DNA of 64,000 nt from a virus (lineage: Duplodnaviria > Caudoviricetes): positions 64,001 to 128,000 of the IMG/VR virus record IMGVR_UViG_2907233695_000001. One strand, given 5' to 3'. The notes beneath the pieces are model-generated. The model was not told the DNA's origin and did not search any database. It saw only the letters and a program-made list of their open reading frames with translations. Positions 10,433-20,570 of the stretch are shown piece after piece (positions within the stretch are counted from its first letter, which is position 1; each line of letters opens with the position of its first letter). Both the position numbers and the translations under genes were made by a program.

Positions 10433-10542
10433 TATAACCCATATATTTATATATGTAAAGTTTTAATATCTATATTTTACTTTATTTATTTTCAAACGAA
10501 ATCATCTTTTCAATGGGAAAAGAAAAAGCCCTAAAAAAGGGC

Positions 10543-11670
10543 TTATTTAAACACTGGCACACCATCTTTAATTGTATATTGCATACCTTTGTTTTCTTTG
10601 CTCTCCACTTGTTTCTTTTTGGCCTGTGACCTACCAGTAATCATATCCTCAATTGAACTAAGTTTCTTCTTGCTCTCTGCATACTTCTTTTTCCACTTTT
10701 CAACTTCTTCTGAAAGTTGCTGATTCTTCTCATTCACCTGCTCAATAAGTCGATCCTTATCCATGGTTATAAAGTCAGCCATTGTCTTGTCGCTTTCCAA
10801 TTCATTCACCCGAAGTCTCAGCATCGTGTTATCATCTTTTAGTTTAAATACATCATCAAGCAAATTACTGTTTTTCTTAAACAAGTCATCAATAACAATT
10901 GTTTGGGAATTATGTATCTGTTCCAGCATCCCATTATCAATATATACACTTTCAACAGATGAAGCCGTTTCTTCAACCGTTACCAATTGGAGGTGATTTT
11001 TCTTTCTTCCTCTTAACTTTTTATTTTGTTCAACAGTTTCAAAAAACTTTTCGTCTGTGATGATCGTTTTTAAGCTATTGTTGTATTTATTCAAACAAGC
11101 AGCCTTTGTATGATTTATTTTCTCTGATGCTTTTTGTGCTGCCTCTCCAAGTGTTCCACCATTATTGATTGTACTATAGTAACAATCCAGCAAAATCAAT
11201 TCTTCTTTTGGTGTCCATGTTACAAGATGGTGATCCATGGCCTTAGACCGTTGCTCTTTGCTTGCAGACTCTTCAACGTTAAGGAGGTACGTTCTAACCT
11301 GCTTTGCAATTTCGCTGTCTCTGAGAAGCATTCCAATGCGTAGGATCGACCTTCTCGGAATCAACTTTACTATGAACTGGTTAGGGTTTAAGGCTTTTGA
11401 CAAGATGTCAAAACCCTCTGATTTAGAAGTAACTTTCTTGACTCCATCTGATTTGAATTCATCTTTATGCCTATGCAATACTTGGTCAATAGCTGTCTTG
11501 TTTACTTCGTAATAATCTGCCACCATTTGAACCGTCATGCTCTCACCGTCCGGTAACAATGAAAGCAATTTAACCTTATTCATTACTTCCGTTTTAACTA
11601 TGTATTGATCTCGAAAACTTTGATCCTCAATGAATTTTTCCTGTAATGCTAAATTTGTCAAAATAAACAT
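10543..11670 (-). CDS. Antirepressor-like N-domain + RsfA/Myb-like domain + coiled coil
   Basis: VADYYEV...RIGMLLRDSEIAKQVRTYLL; WTPKEELILL...GGTLGEA...INHTKAAC..KYN; heptad-rich C-terminus. Confidence 0.7.
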   Translation of the reverse strand: MFILTNLALQEKFIEDQSFRDQYIVKTEVMNKVKLLSLLPDGESMTVQMVADYYEVNKTAIDQVLHRHKDEFKSDGVKKVTSKSEGFDILSKALNPNQFIVKLIPRRSILRIGMLLRDSEIAKQVRTYLLNVEESASKEQRSKAMDHHLVTWTPKEELILLDCYYSTINNGGTLGEAAQKASEKINHTKAACLNKYNNSLKTIITDEKFFETVEQNKKLRGRKKNHLQLVTVEETASSVESVYIDNGMLEQIHNSQTIVIDDLFKKNSNLLDDVFKLKDDNTMLRLRVNELESDKTMADFITMDKDRLIEQVNEKNQQLSEEVEKWKKKYAESKKKLSSIEDMITGRSQAKKKQVESKENKGMQYTIKDGVPVFK

Positions 11671-11759
11671 CTCCTTTTATATAATTTATAATTGATTAAT
11701 GTAAATATAACATATGAATTTATGTATGTAAATATAGGAAAATAAAAAACTCCAAGGGA

Positions 11760-11915
11760 TTAACCCCTCAGAGCAGATTTAACACGGTAAACCATCGTTC
11801 TCCACACTTTCCTCAAGCTGCGTCTCTTCTCCTCTCTAAAGACAACCTCGATCTTCTTAGGGGAAGAAATAACGTATGGTTTACCATCTTTCATGCCGAT
11901 AATCACTTGTTTCAT
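11760..11915 (-). CDS. Small basic protein (51 aa)
   Basis: MKQVIIGMKDGKPYVISSPKK...; AAGGAG RBS; sigma-G-like promoter upstream. Confidence 0.55.
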   Translation of the reverse strand: MKQVIIGMKDGKPYVISSPKKIEVVFREEKRRSLRKVWRTMVYRVKSALRG

Positions 11916-12019
11916 ATATGTATCTCTCCTTTGTGCTTTGATAATATAGTATATTTCACATTAATTTCAATATGCTATTTTTATCTATTTAACACAAAAT
12001 AAAAAGCCACTTTTTAATT

Positions 12020-12253
12020 TTATTTCCCTTCTTCTTGATCCTCATAAAACCATTTAGGCTGCTTAGGAGCCTCATACAGAGGGTTTTCCTCGATGTCATA
12101 GATATTATCTAGCTTACCCATTTTCTTATACCAGAGCCAAACGTCATTCTTTGTGGCTAGGTTACTGTAATGTTTGCTTCCGTCATGGTAAATGACGACC
12201 CAACGAAATGATTTATCAATGAGAGATGTCATTCTGATTCCCCTTCTAAGCAT
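12020..12253 (-). CDS. Hypothetical protein
   Basis: ORF with RBS in the early arm. Confidence 0.5.
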   Translation of the reverse strand: MLRRGIRMTSLIDKSFRWVVIYHDGSKHYSNLATKNDVWLWYKKMGKLDNIYDIEENPLYEAPKQPKWFYEDQEEGK

Positions 12254-12656
12254 TTATTGCAGATATCCAGCATTACTCCTGATCCTTCTAGTTGTTTTGG
12301 CTCATACCAGACTTGAACAATTTCAGATTCGTTTACTTCTCTTTCACAACCATCACAAATTATTTTTTCCATGGAATAATACCTCCTCGCTGTTATAGAA
12401 GGAAAGATACATCATTAGTCTATCCACCAAGCCAAATGTCATCATCAAAATACGGACAATCATTGTCTGTTACCAATTCCTCAAATGTTAATTTATTCAA
12501 TTCATTCTTTTTCACGTTTCGATTCTGGCAATAGCCGTATGTCCCATAGTCATGACACCATGAGCAGTCTTGACATGCATGATCTTTATTTTCTTCTGTA
12601 ATTGTTATAGCCTCCTTTATAGCGGCCTTAGAATGAAAAGTGTCGGCTGTTATGTA

Positions 12657-13172
12657 TCAAATATCACTATTGCTGATTTTCAGTTGTATATTTAGTGTTT
12701 TATTATTGCCCTGAATTTCTTTTGTAGCCCACCTGCAATTTGATGGACTATAGCCTTTATTTACGTTTATTCTGTCAATAGTTAGGTTTTGACTATATCC
12801 ATTATTTATAGACCATTGATAAAAATTGTCCAGACCATTTCCGCCTAACCATTCCTTACATATCATTATTCCTCTACCACCATAGTCTTGGAATTGTCTA
12901 TGGTTTGAATTTAAACATCTTTGCTTCATATTATGATAAATCCTAGATATTCGTCCAAAAGTAATATCATTTTTTCTAGAATTGTTTAATTTTGTATGAT
13001 CTTTGTTTTGTATATGACCACAAGTTTTTGTACGTCCTCTAGTTAAGTCACTTCCTCTAGTAATTACATAGTTTGGGTTTCCACAATCACATAAACAATT
13101 CCAAGCAACTCTATCCATTAAATTGTCTGCTCTGCTTATAACTATTAGTTCACCAAATTTTTGCCCTGTCAA
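12657..13172 (-). CDS. HNH homing endonuclease (possibly C-terminally truncated)
   Basis: DLTGQKFGEL, CLCDCG, YGGRGI.IC.EW, LTIDRINVNKGYSPSNCRWAT. Confidence 0.85.
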   Translation of the reverse strand: MTGQKFGELIVISRADNLMDRVAWNCLCDCGNPNYVITRGSDLTRGRTKTCGHIQNKDHTKLNNSRKNDITFGRISRIYHNMKQRCLNSNHRQFQDYGGRGIMICKEWLGGNGLDNFYQWSINNGYSQNLTIDRINVNKGYSPSNCRWATKEIQGNNKTLNIQLKISNSDI

Positions 13173-13215
13173 ATCCTTGAGTTTAATAAACTCATCTCCC
13201 TTATATTTTTTAGTT

Positions 13216-13256
13216 TTAATGGTGTAACAGAAACTTAAATCCTGTTACACCATTAA
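13216..13256. repeat. Perfect 15-bp inverted repeat between the promoter and RBS of the HNH gene
   Basis: TTAATGGTGTAACAG-N11-CTGTTACACCATTAA. Confidence 0.85.
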
Positions 13257-13540
13257 TATACAATATAAAAGATGAGAAGTTCAATACTTTTTCTGGAATA
13301 TTTTTCAAACTCTGTTATAGTGCCAGAATAAAAATTAGCGTGAAAAAATTTTTGCTTGCTGTTATTGAGATAATTCTACTTCATTTCTGTCCATAGAGAA
13401 AGTTGCGCCTGATTTTGTCTTAAAGTATGCGCTCACGAATGTTCTAACACCATCGTTTGTAATTTTCCAATCTGTAACACGTTCCAATAACTCACCAGTA
13501 ACTTTATCCTTGTAGTATACTGACATATCTATAGCCTCCT

Positions 13541-13822
13541 TTATGCCATTATATGCTGTTTTGGTTCATACTCAGGCAAGTGGTATAGATCGAATCCATT
13601 ATGTAATACCTCATACTTTAATTGCTTTGCTCTGCCTTTTTCAAACTGTTTAATTGTCTCTACTCCTAACCAGTTAAAGTCTGTTATCCATTCGCCAAAC
13701 ATTAACAGATGACCGTCAATGATATCATAATTAAAGAATTTGACTGTTTTTATTTCATCATCCAATTCAACCACAGACCAACATGGAACATTTTTATGAT
13801 ATTCTTGAAATGCTTTTTTCAT
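13541..13822 (-). CDS. Hypothetical protein
   Basis: AGGAGG RBS. Confidence 0.65.
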   Translation of the reverse strand: MKKAFQEYHKNVPCWSVVELDDEIKTVKFFNYDIIDGHLLMFGEWITDFNWLGVETIKQFEKGRAKQLKYEVLHNGFDLYHLPEYEPKQHIMA

Positions 13823-13860
13823 AAGAAATAAAACCTCCTTGGAATATTTTCGATGTTCTG

Positions 13861-14277
13861 TTATACAGTGAATTGCATTCTCATTCTTTGGTTTTCTGTT
13901 AAGCGTTCCATTCTCTTTTCTCTTTCCTCTTCGATTTGCCGTTCCCGTTCTTCTACTTCAATCCTAGCCTGTTTATATGCTTCTGTTTGCTGATTCTCAC
14001 GAATGGCTGCTGTTAAACGATCAATTAACTCTAATTCATCTGTTATAATGCTGAATACATGAGAATACGTATGGAAATTTCCAAAGAAGGAAGTACATCC
14101 TTTATACTTTTCGTTTTCTGGCCTCCAACCCTTTGCAGGTTTAAACTCAGTAACAAAGTTTCCGTATTTTTCAAAAGTAGCATCCAATGGATATTCAGAT
14201 AAGACTTTCATTAAATCTTCAATGGTATCTAACTCCTGACCGTACCACTTAGAACCATTTGAACGGATTTCTAGCAT
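13861..14277 (-). CDS. Hypothetical protein
   Basis: AGGAGG RBS; charged helical C-terminus. Confidence 0.7.
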   Translation of the reverse strand: MLEIRSNGSKWYGQELDTIEDLMKVLSEYPLDATFEKYGNFVTEFKPAKGWRPENEKYKGCTSFFGNFHTYSHVFSIITDELELIDRLTAAIRENQQTEAYKQARIEVEERERQIEEEREKRMERLTENQRMRMQFTV

Positions 14278-14354
14278 GTTAACAACCTCCTATAATTTGA
14301 TTTGATTAGGCTGCAAGCCACAATAAAACTCACAGCCTGTTATATATGGTTCTG

Positions 14355-15533
14355 TTAAACTGTTACAGGTTGATTGTATTTGTAGAGGTAATAATCATCA
14401 TAGTTTACAACCATTACGCCGCTACGGTTCATTTTTACACTTCTACGCTCTTGCTTCTCACTGGTAAATTCATCAGGAAACGGTATACCATTTTCAACTT
14501 TTATACGTTGGATCATAACGCTTTTGTCTGTTGTTTTTAATATTTGAAAAGCTCTCATAACTCTGTCAGTGCCAATTTGATTCATGGTAACAATATCCCC
14601 GATAATAAAAGGGTTAACTGTTATCTCCTTTTTCTCTGTCCATCCTTCAGGAATTTTCATATCTTTGATATCCGCATAAGCATATTTAAGCGTATAGGGA
14701 ACGTGTCTAGATTGAGTTTCTACTGTTTTGGTATTGGCCTTGACTACAATTTCCCAATCATTGCGAATTTTCACTAAATAACCAGCTTTAACATTATCCT
14801 TACTGTATAGGACTCCCCCGAGCTCATCCATGCAATTATGCATGAATGCCAGTTTATCCAACTCATACTCCATTTTTTCAAGCAGCGATTCCAGCCACTC
14901 GCTGTTATTACGTTCTTCTGCTGCCACAATGGAACGCTCTAAGGCTCTAATACTGGTATTGCATTCTTCGATCCGGTTATTAAGATAAGATTTATTTTTT
15001 AACTGTGACTTGTCAGCCGTTTGTCGTGCTGTTATGGCTCTATCTTTGAAATAATCGCTTTTCCGATACTCTGTAAAACCTTTTTCGTATCGGTCTATAA
15101 GTTTCTGCTTTTGTCGTGCGAAACGCTCAGACCCAGAATGACCAGCAATAATAGGTTGTGTTACCCATGACCAATCTCTAGCAGCTTCCTTAAAACCTGA
15201 CTGCAAATCTTTACCTCTGTTATACGCATTGTCTGAATATTGCTCAAAACGTTCTGCACGAGCTTCGGCCTTTTCCGCTTTGCGTTCTAACTCTTCAGCA
15301 TAAGAGAGACGTTCCCCAACATTGCCTCCATTAGTAAAGCCCAACTTTTCAGCCGTTCTAATGGCTGCATAATGGTTATTAGAGCTTCTAGAAACCCATG
15401 CAGACAATTTACCACTAAAGAGAAAGGATCGTTTTAAATCGGCTTTTTGCTCTACTGACAATACTTGATATTCTGATTTGCTGAAATGCAATTCAATTTT
15501 ATTAGTTTCACGGTTTAATATGTATTCACTCAT
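14355..15533 (-). CDS. DUF3560-domain protein
   Basis: AEARAERF...QPIIAGHSGSE...R...DYFKDRA pattern. Confidence 0.75.
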   Translation of the reverse strand: MSEYILNRETNKIELHFSKSEYQVLSVEQKADLKRSFLFSGKLSAWVSRSSNNHYAAIRTAEKLGFTNGGNVGERLSYAEELERKAEKAEARAERFEQYSDNAYNRGKDLQSGFKEAARDWSWVTQPIIAGHSGSERFARQKQKLIDRYEKGFTEYRKSDYFKDRAITARQTADKSQLKNKSYLNNRIEECNTSIRALERSIVAAEERNNSEWLESLLEKMEYELDKLAFMHNCMDELGGVLYSKDNVKAGYLVKIRNDWEIVVKANTKTVETQSRHVPYTLKYAYADIKDMKIPEGWTEKKEITVNPFIIGDIVTMNQIGTDRVMRAFQILKTTDKSVMIQRIKVENGIPFPDEFTSEKQERRSVKMNRSGVMVVNYDDYYLYKYNQPVTV

Positions 15534-15607
15534 TTGTACTACCTCCGATTTATATTGGATTGTTAGACCGTTACCGCATTAGATAACGGCCTGTTTATTG
15601 ATATTTA

Positions 15608-17344
15608 TTATTTATTTTTAACTTTGTTACCTTTGAGCATTATTGCAACTTCTGCACTAACATTAAATAACTTATCAATGTCATTATTAAAAGCTTCTAT
15701 GCCTTGATTAAAGTTATCTTCCCCGAACAATTCAAGCAGGATCAACTTTTTAAACTCTTGTTCGGCTGTTAGTGTGTTTGTCTTGTTGTCGCTGTTATTG
15801 GTTGTTTTGTTGCTTTTGAATGATGCAAAATCGATAACGTTGGAAGTGTTAACAGTTTCCTTTTCCGGTTCTGGTGATGGCTCTACAATATCTACTAGTG
15901 CGTATGTATCCAAAAACTCTCTATATTCGGCCTTCTCTTTATCTGTAATTCCATACGCTTTTAAAGTGCTCTCATAGTCCTGTTGTGTATAATGGGATGG
16001 TTTGTTGTCTCCCATCATAAACAGGCAATGGCCTTCAATGTGCTCTTTTAACGGTGCTGCCTTATGTCTGTAACTTGCTAATACATCAATACGGCCTGAA
16101 TAAGTATTACCATCTTCCCATGTTATGCAGAATTTAGTTTTATCATATCCCTGAGTATCTTTGCTATAAGCGATTCTTAAAATGATTTCTTCGGCTTCAG
16201 CAAAGGTTGAAACCGTTTGACCGTCTTTTACTTCTGAGGATTCAGACCAAAGGAAAGTTATTTCTTTTACCTTTATTTTTTCACCGTCATTGCGGTTTAC
16301 TTCTGTTTGCTGCTCTTCCTCCAATTCGTCATATTTGGCATCACAGAAAATGATAGCTCCATTTTCCTTGTTGATTACTTCAATCCATGCCACCTCATCA
16401 ACCGTCAAACCTTTACAAAAAAACTTTTCGCCAGCTACATAATAATTAATTTTCTTGTGGTCTAATAGCTTTGCAAGCGTCTCTGCATCGTCATTCCATG
16501 CCTTAAAATGTACGTCATGGTAAAGGTAATTAAAATCAATTTTGAAAGCGTATGGATCATTAGTTGTTTGCTGCTCCTGAGCCTCACAAACGGCCTCAGA
16601 TTCCATTGAATCCGGTTCCTCTTGAGTAATTCCGTTAAAAGTATCAACAAACATCTGAGCAAAATTTAAAGCGTCTGGAGTTTGTTTTGTATACCATACA
16701 GAGTTGTAAGAAGACCATTTAAAACCATTTTCCTTTAATGTATCAATTACGTTTTGAGATGGTTTTACAGTAAATTTGATTTCTATTCCTTTCTTTTCTT
16801 TATTTACGTTTAAAGTCGCTTCGTTATTCGAATTGTTATATGTATTAGCTTCATGTACTGTTTTGACCGCTTGCTCTTCGATGGCTGGAGCATTTTCGAA
16901 TTCTTCAATAACTGTTAAACCTTCACGGTTTTTCATGGATTCAATTGCATTCGTTACATACTCTCTAATTTCTTCAGTTACATTGTAGTACTGCAAATCA
17001 GATACAGTATGAGAATACATATGTTCTTTACCGTGAATATTTTTGAGCCAGTTATACCAAAGTTGTTTAGACGCTTCAGGGTTAAGAATTTCACTTTCTT
17101 GAATTTCTTCAATAAACAAACCATCAGCAGCATTGACCATTTTATTAGTCATGTCATCACACCAAGAAACTTTGGATTTTTTAGAAATGTAACCTTCTGC
17201 ACCTCTTTTAGTTTTGGAAAAGTGGTAAACCGTTCCCCATGCGGTTCCAATAACATACACCTTACCGTGATACAGATTTTTGATAGCCTGCTTTGCTTCA
17301 TGGGGAATTGTGTTGATCACTTGCAGAAGTGTTTTGTTTGTCAT
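15608..17344 (-). CDS. Polyvalent protein with an LPD25-like domain
   Basis: GIEIKF..KP....LKENGFKWS....WY domain; FLWSES...FAEAE...GYDKTKF.I.......YSGRID. Confidence 0.7.
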   Translation of the reverse strand: MTNKTLLQVINTIPHEAKQAIKNLYHGKVYVIGTAWGTVYHFSKTKRGAEGYISKKSKVSWCDDMTNKMVNAADGLFIEEIQESEILNPEASKQLWYNWLKNIHGKEHMYSHTVSDLQYYNVTEEIREYVTNAIESMKNREGLTVIEEFENAPAIEEQAVKTVHEANTYNNSNNEATLNVNKEKKGIEIKFTVKPSQNVIDTLKENGFKWSSYNSVWYTKQTPDALNFAQMFVDTFNGITQEEPDSMESEAVCEAQEQQTTNDPYAFKIDFNYLYHDVHFKAWNDDAETLAKLLDHKKINYYVAGEKFFCKGLTVDEVAWIEVINKENGAIIFCDAKYDELEEEQQTEVNRNDGEKIKVKEITFLWSESSEVKDGQTVSTFAEAEEIILRIAYSKDTQGYDKTKFCITWEDGNTYSGRIDVLASYRHKAAPLKEHIEGHCLFMMGDNKPSHYTQQDYESTLKAYGITDKEKAEYREFLDTYALVDIVEPSPEPEKETVNTSNVIDFASFKSNKTTNNSDNKTNTLTAEQEFKKLILLELFGEDNFNQGIEAFNNDIDKLFNVSAEVAIMLKGNKVKNK

Positions 17345-17517
17345 TAGAACCGCCTCCAGTGATTAATTGAATTTTTTTAATTCCTTATATTTCTTATTAT
17401 AAGGCTTTACATATATAAAGTCAAACATTATTTATTGTTTTTATATCTTTTATTTTAAATGTTTGTAACCCTATGAAGCAGCTATTTCATTCCCTGATAC
17501 AAAAAGAAAACCGCTTT

Positions 17518-20107
17518 TTAGCGGCAAGAATACATAGGTAAGGAATATTCTTTTGTAGGAACCCAATGTAATTTGATACGATCCTTTTCTATTGAATCAA
17601 TAACTAGATCGTAATTGATTTCAGGATATGCGCTGTTTACGTATACTTTGTATCCTTCTTTGAAGTTGTTCCAGTTACAACCTTTGAAGATATCAAGAAG
17701 TTGTTTTCCTGTTTCTGTGTCAGCCGATACATAACCACCATTTACAAAGTACATCATTAGAAAATCCCTCCATTTGTTTTCCTTTAGTTTATACTTTATA
17801 TATATGTGAATCAAGTTCAGTTTATAACCATTAATTTTATATTTTTTGTATTATATAGCCCCATAAAACAACTCATTTATAGGGTTATTGCCATTCGAAT
17901 GGCAAACCATTATTAAACCGAGTTTCGACCGCTTTTTTCCACGCTGCTAAACGTTTGAATTCTTTATGATCCCCATTAACTAAAGTAACCCCACCTTGAT
18001 TCTTATCTACTTCATAATAGGCCATTTACAGAGTAATAAGAAACTTTTACCGAGATTGAATTTCCTTCATAATCAACTTTAAATTTCATATCTGTCAACC
18101 TCCTTTAAACATTAACTAACCCCTTAACTATATTTTACCATAGTCATTTATAAATGTAAAGTTATTCATTTCATTATACGTATTTTATTTTACACTCACA
18201 CAATAAAACAAAAAGAGGCTTTTCAGCCTCTCACACCATGAACGCTTTTCCTTTGTTCGCCATCTTATCAACTTGATTTATAATAATGTTTATGAGCTTC
18301 TCACGGTTTTTAGTGTTAACTTTGATTAATAGCTGCTTTTTTAATTCGTTTAGTTCTGGATCAGTTAGCGAGTTTACAAAGGTTTGAAGCGTTCCAGTGT
18401 GATAAGAACGAAAAGCAGCGTCAAACAATTTGTAATCATATTTCATTTTTTATCCTCTCCTCTTTTGCTTTATACTTTATTATATGAGAGAGTTAATAGA
18501 AATATGACAAAACAAACGTAATTTTTATTATTTTTACGTTTGTTTTGTTTCGGTTATTTTGCCCAATCAAAATTATCATTCTTTAGCTGCTTTTTATGTT
18601 CACTATATAATCGGTTTACGTCGATTGGCTCAAGCTCAATATTTAATTCATATTGATAACGTGTATTAACAATTTCTGATATTTTGGTTTGATCCTTTGT
18701 TAGTACTGCATTATGCAATTCCTCATTGAAAACAGCTTTTAACAGAATGAATTCATTTAATTTTAACATGGGTATTACCTCCATTAAGGTTATAAATGTA
18801 ATATTTTATTCTAATAATTCAATTCATTATTTAACCGCTTAATTTCAATTTTTATTAATTTGTCAATCGTTTTTTTGGATTGCAAATTAGTTAGTGATTT
18901 AATGATTTCTAAATCATGTTTTAAGTTTGCAATTTCTTGAATTAAGGTTATTTTATCCATCTAATTTATTCAAACTCCTTTTTTTATAATCTCAAAGCCG
19001 ATAAGGGGAATTACATAAAAATTCATTCGTGTTTTTAAGTCTAATTGCAAATTTCATTTTATAATCTCTCCTAGTAGATTATTATACATAATAAATAAAG
19101 GGGAAATATTAATCCCCTTTATCTTAATACATGTATTAATCCTTTTTCATCTCTTCTAACCTTAATTTTACCTTTTTCAGCATCTTTTTTTAATTCGTCA
19201 ACTTTTTCCCATTCGTAGTTACGACCATTTATTAAGGCAATTTCATAGCCTTGATCCTTTAAAAATGCTTTCGCCTCTTTATCGTAAAGCGTTTCTTTAA
19301 TGAATCCAGTAATATCGCCATGCATAACAGGAGTAATATTGTAGCCTACAACATGAAAGCCTTTTTCCATAATTCTGACTTCTAAATTCGCTTTTTTTGT
19401 TTTCATTTGTAAAACCTCCTATGTATTAAACTCTATAGTTAAATAATACCATAGAAATTTATAAATGTAAATATTTAAAGTACATCTTTTACGTTTTATT
19501 TTTGGTTATAAAATTAAAACTTTATCGGCTTATGCAATCTTATCTAACACATTAAAATAGAATCGGTTTAATGGATCATCAAAGTCTGTAGAGGTGCGAA
19601 GTGTAAAGTTTAAAAGGCCTGCAAAGCCTCCAGAAGCTTTGATTTTGCGTTTGAGTATCTTGTAAGTGTATTCGCTGCTCTCCTCTATATCACGCATATG
19701 TAGGCCGTTTTGATTGTGTATAATCATCTTTCCATTGTAAAACTGAAAATATAAAACCTTGATAACATCCCCATTGTATTTAGTTAATTTATATTCATTC
19801 ATGCACTGAAAAGTTTTCGCTGCTGGTTCTTGCTTATGCGCTTTCAATACTTTGAATGCATGATTAAAGTAAATCATTATATGTCATCCTTTCAAGCATT
19901 AACCGCTTATGTACTTTATACAACTTTATAAGTAATAAAATCATATGTGCCTTTAATCGGCCTAATTGCATAACCATTTGATACAATTTCATTAGCTAGA
20001 ATCTGAGCCTTTTCTTTATTGCTGAATGTTTCTAAAATTTCATTAACTGTAGTGTAATGGTCAAACACTTTACCATAGTATACTTTAATTTGCATATGTA
20101 TCAGCAT
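17518..20107 (-). CDS. Small early hypothetical ORFs (17518-17757, 18231-18446, 18554-18784, 19119-19406, 19530-19877, 19916-20107)
   Basis: RBS and individual promoters/terminators. Confidence 0.6.
18479..18507 (-). promoter_or_regulatory. Sigma-E-type sporulation promoter
   Basis: TCATATT-14-CATATAAT matches the B. subtilis sigma-E consensus. Confidence 0.55.
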
Positions 20108-20383
20108 CCTTTACAAACTCAGAAGAGATAATTTCTATTTCGTCATCGGTCTCTAGACTGCCAGTGTACACAATAACTATAGAACGGCCTTTATATTGCT
20201 CTGTAAGCTGTTTTAATGTTGCTTGATCCAGTTTATCAGATTCTAACAGTGAAAGCGTCCAATGGCCTCCTGTAGCATCTGGAAGCGTATCGGCAAAGTA
20301 TACGTGCTCTTGAGAATCATAATACACTTTATCAATAGTTGCGGTTATTTTTGTTTGTGCAGCACAATGTTGTCCAATCTCAT
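20085..20383 (-). pseudogene. Hypothetical gene with an apparent 1-nt frameshift near the 5' end
   Basis: RBS + TTG GAC AAC...CAA AAA TAA; one extra A in the A-run would join it to the 20085-20327 frame. Confidence 0.3.
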
Positions 20384-20570
20384 CCCCTATATATTATTAT
20401 TAATATCGGGCTTCTGAATGGACAACATTTTATATTTTACTTTTATTCATTCATTGTTATGCGTCAAATTTAAAAAGGCCAGCAATCAAAAGTAAGTGCT
20501 GTTATGCGACTTTTTGATGGATCAGAAATAAAAAGTTGCTGGAATAATTATAACGTGCTGTTATGCTGCA

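Larger units (their letters stand above)
4050..10513. repeat. Cluster of 18-bp palindromic elements (about WTRAA-N8-TTYAW) at gene 3' ends
   Basis: 4050-4067, 4259-4276, 4923-4940, 5648-5665, 7097-7114, 7176-7193, 7648-7665, 7773-7790, 7980-7997, 8513-8530, 9572-9589, 9793-9810, 10028-10045, 10496-10513. Confidence 0.75.

Noticed and set aside
4050-10513. CRISPR array or classical integron attC sites
   Set aside because: Repeats are short, degenerate and separated by whole genes; no cas genes; no long attC hairpins with GTTRRRY boxes, and neither recombinase was recognisable as IntI
5935-12017. Additional degenerate 18-bp palindromes (5935, 6441, 6856, 6971, 7411, 9393, 12000)
   Set aside because: Two or more mismatches, a wrong spacer, or no adjacent gene end; not counted
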